A stretch of 64,000 nucleotides of DNA from contig OX597820.1 in the NCBI GenBank assembly GCA_951406725.2, positions 105,586,001 through 105,650,000 on the forward strand, given 5' to 3'. The notes beneath the pieces are model-generated. The model did not search any database, was not told the origin of the DNA, and saw nothing but the letters and a program-made list of their open reading frames with translations. Of the stretch, positions 62,940 through 64,000 are shown piece after piece; position 1 is the stretch's first letter; every line of letters starts with the position of its first letter. This stretch comes from Octopus vulgaris. Taxonomy: Eukaryota. Position numbers and translations under genes: made by a program.

Positions 62940-63241
62940 ACAACACACACACACACACACAACACACACACACACACGATAATAGAAAGCAGTTGCCATA
63001 TTCCCTTTCATATTAGCTAACTGATGAGCGTCAAGTTATATAATCGGAAGAGAGAGAGAGAGAAGAAGAAGAGAGATAATACGGGAGAAAGAGAGAGAGA
63101 GAAAGAGAGCGACTGAAAGGGTGTGTTGTCATGTATACGTACATACATCAATATATATGCATACATCTTTTTTGTATGTACATGTGCGCGCGCGCGTCTG
63201 TGTGAGAGAGAGAACGTGTGTGTTCTCATGTACGTGTAGGT

Positions 63242-63294
<53 letters not shown>

Positions 63295-63392
63295 GTCCAT
63301 TTCATATACACGTTCATACATTTTTCACTTTCTTCTCTCACTTTAAAACAAAAGTAAATAAATAAAATTCTTTTACGGAAATTAACTAACAA

Positions 63393-63886
<494 letters not shown>

Positions 63887-64000
63887 AAAACAGCTGATAA
63901 CAGTTCGTTGACACTTTGAGAGTTATAACGAAACAGCCGCTGCTTATCTATCTACCAAATAAACCATGTTTTTCACTCAATAACTCTTTTTTACAACTAA

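Overview
AT-rich, repeat-saturated eukaryotic DNA. The SINE, RTE and microsatellite content is of the kind I associate with octopus/cephalopod genomes (inference, not verified). Nearly all explainable sequence is transposon-derived: tRNA-headed SINEs (including a Meta-domain type), RTE, L1/Tx1-like, CRE and R2-type non-LTR retrotransposons, a nearly full-length Naiad-type Penelope-like element (PLE) plus solo terminal repeats, and mariner, pogo, Merlin and Helitron remnants and foldback MITEs. Only one plausible host coding exon is visible (22846-23794, product unknown). Three observations stand out. (1) A GC-rich, intact-looking 3' half of an R2-like element sits outside rDNA, inside a pogo transposon, and ends exactly in the 28S R2 target sequence GG|TAGCCAAATGCC. 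(2) A set of hammerhead-ribozyme motifs lies in PLE terminal repeats, three with an unusually large loop II and a palindromic stem III. (3) A PHD-like C4HC3 finger is embedded inside an RTE reverse transcriptase. Most ORFs in the supplied track are microsatellite or antisense artefacts. All boundaries were read by eye and are approximate.
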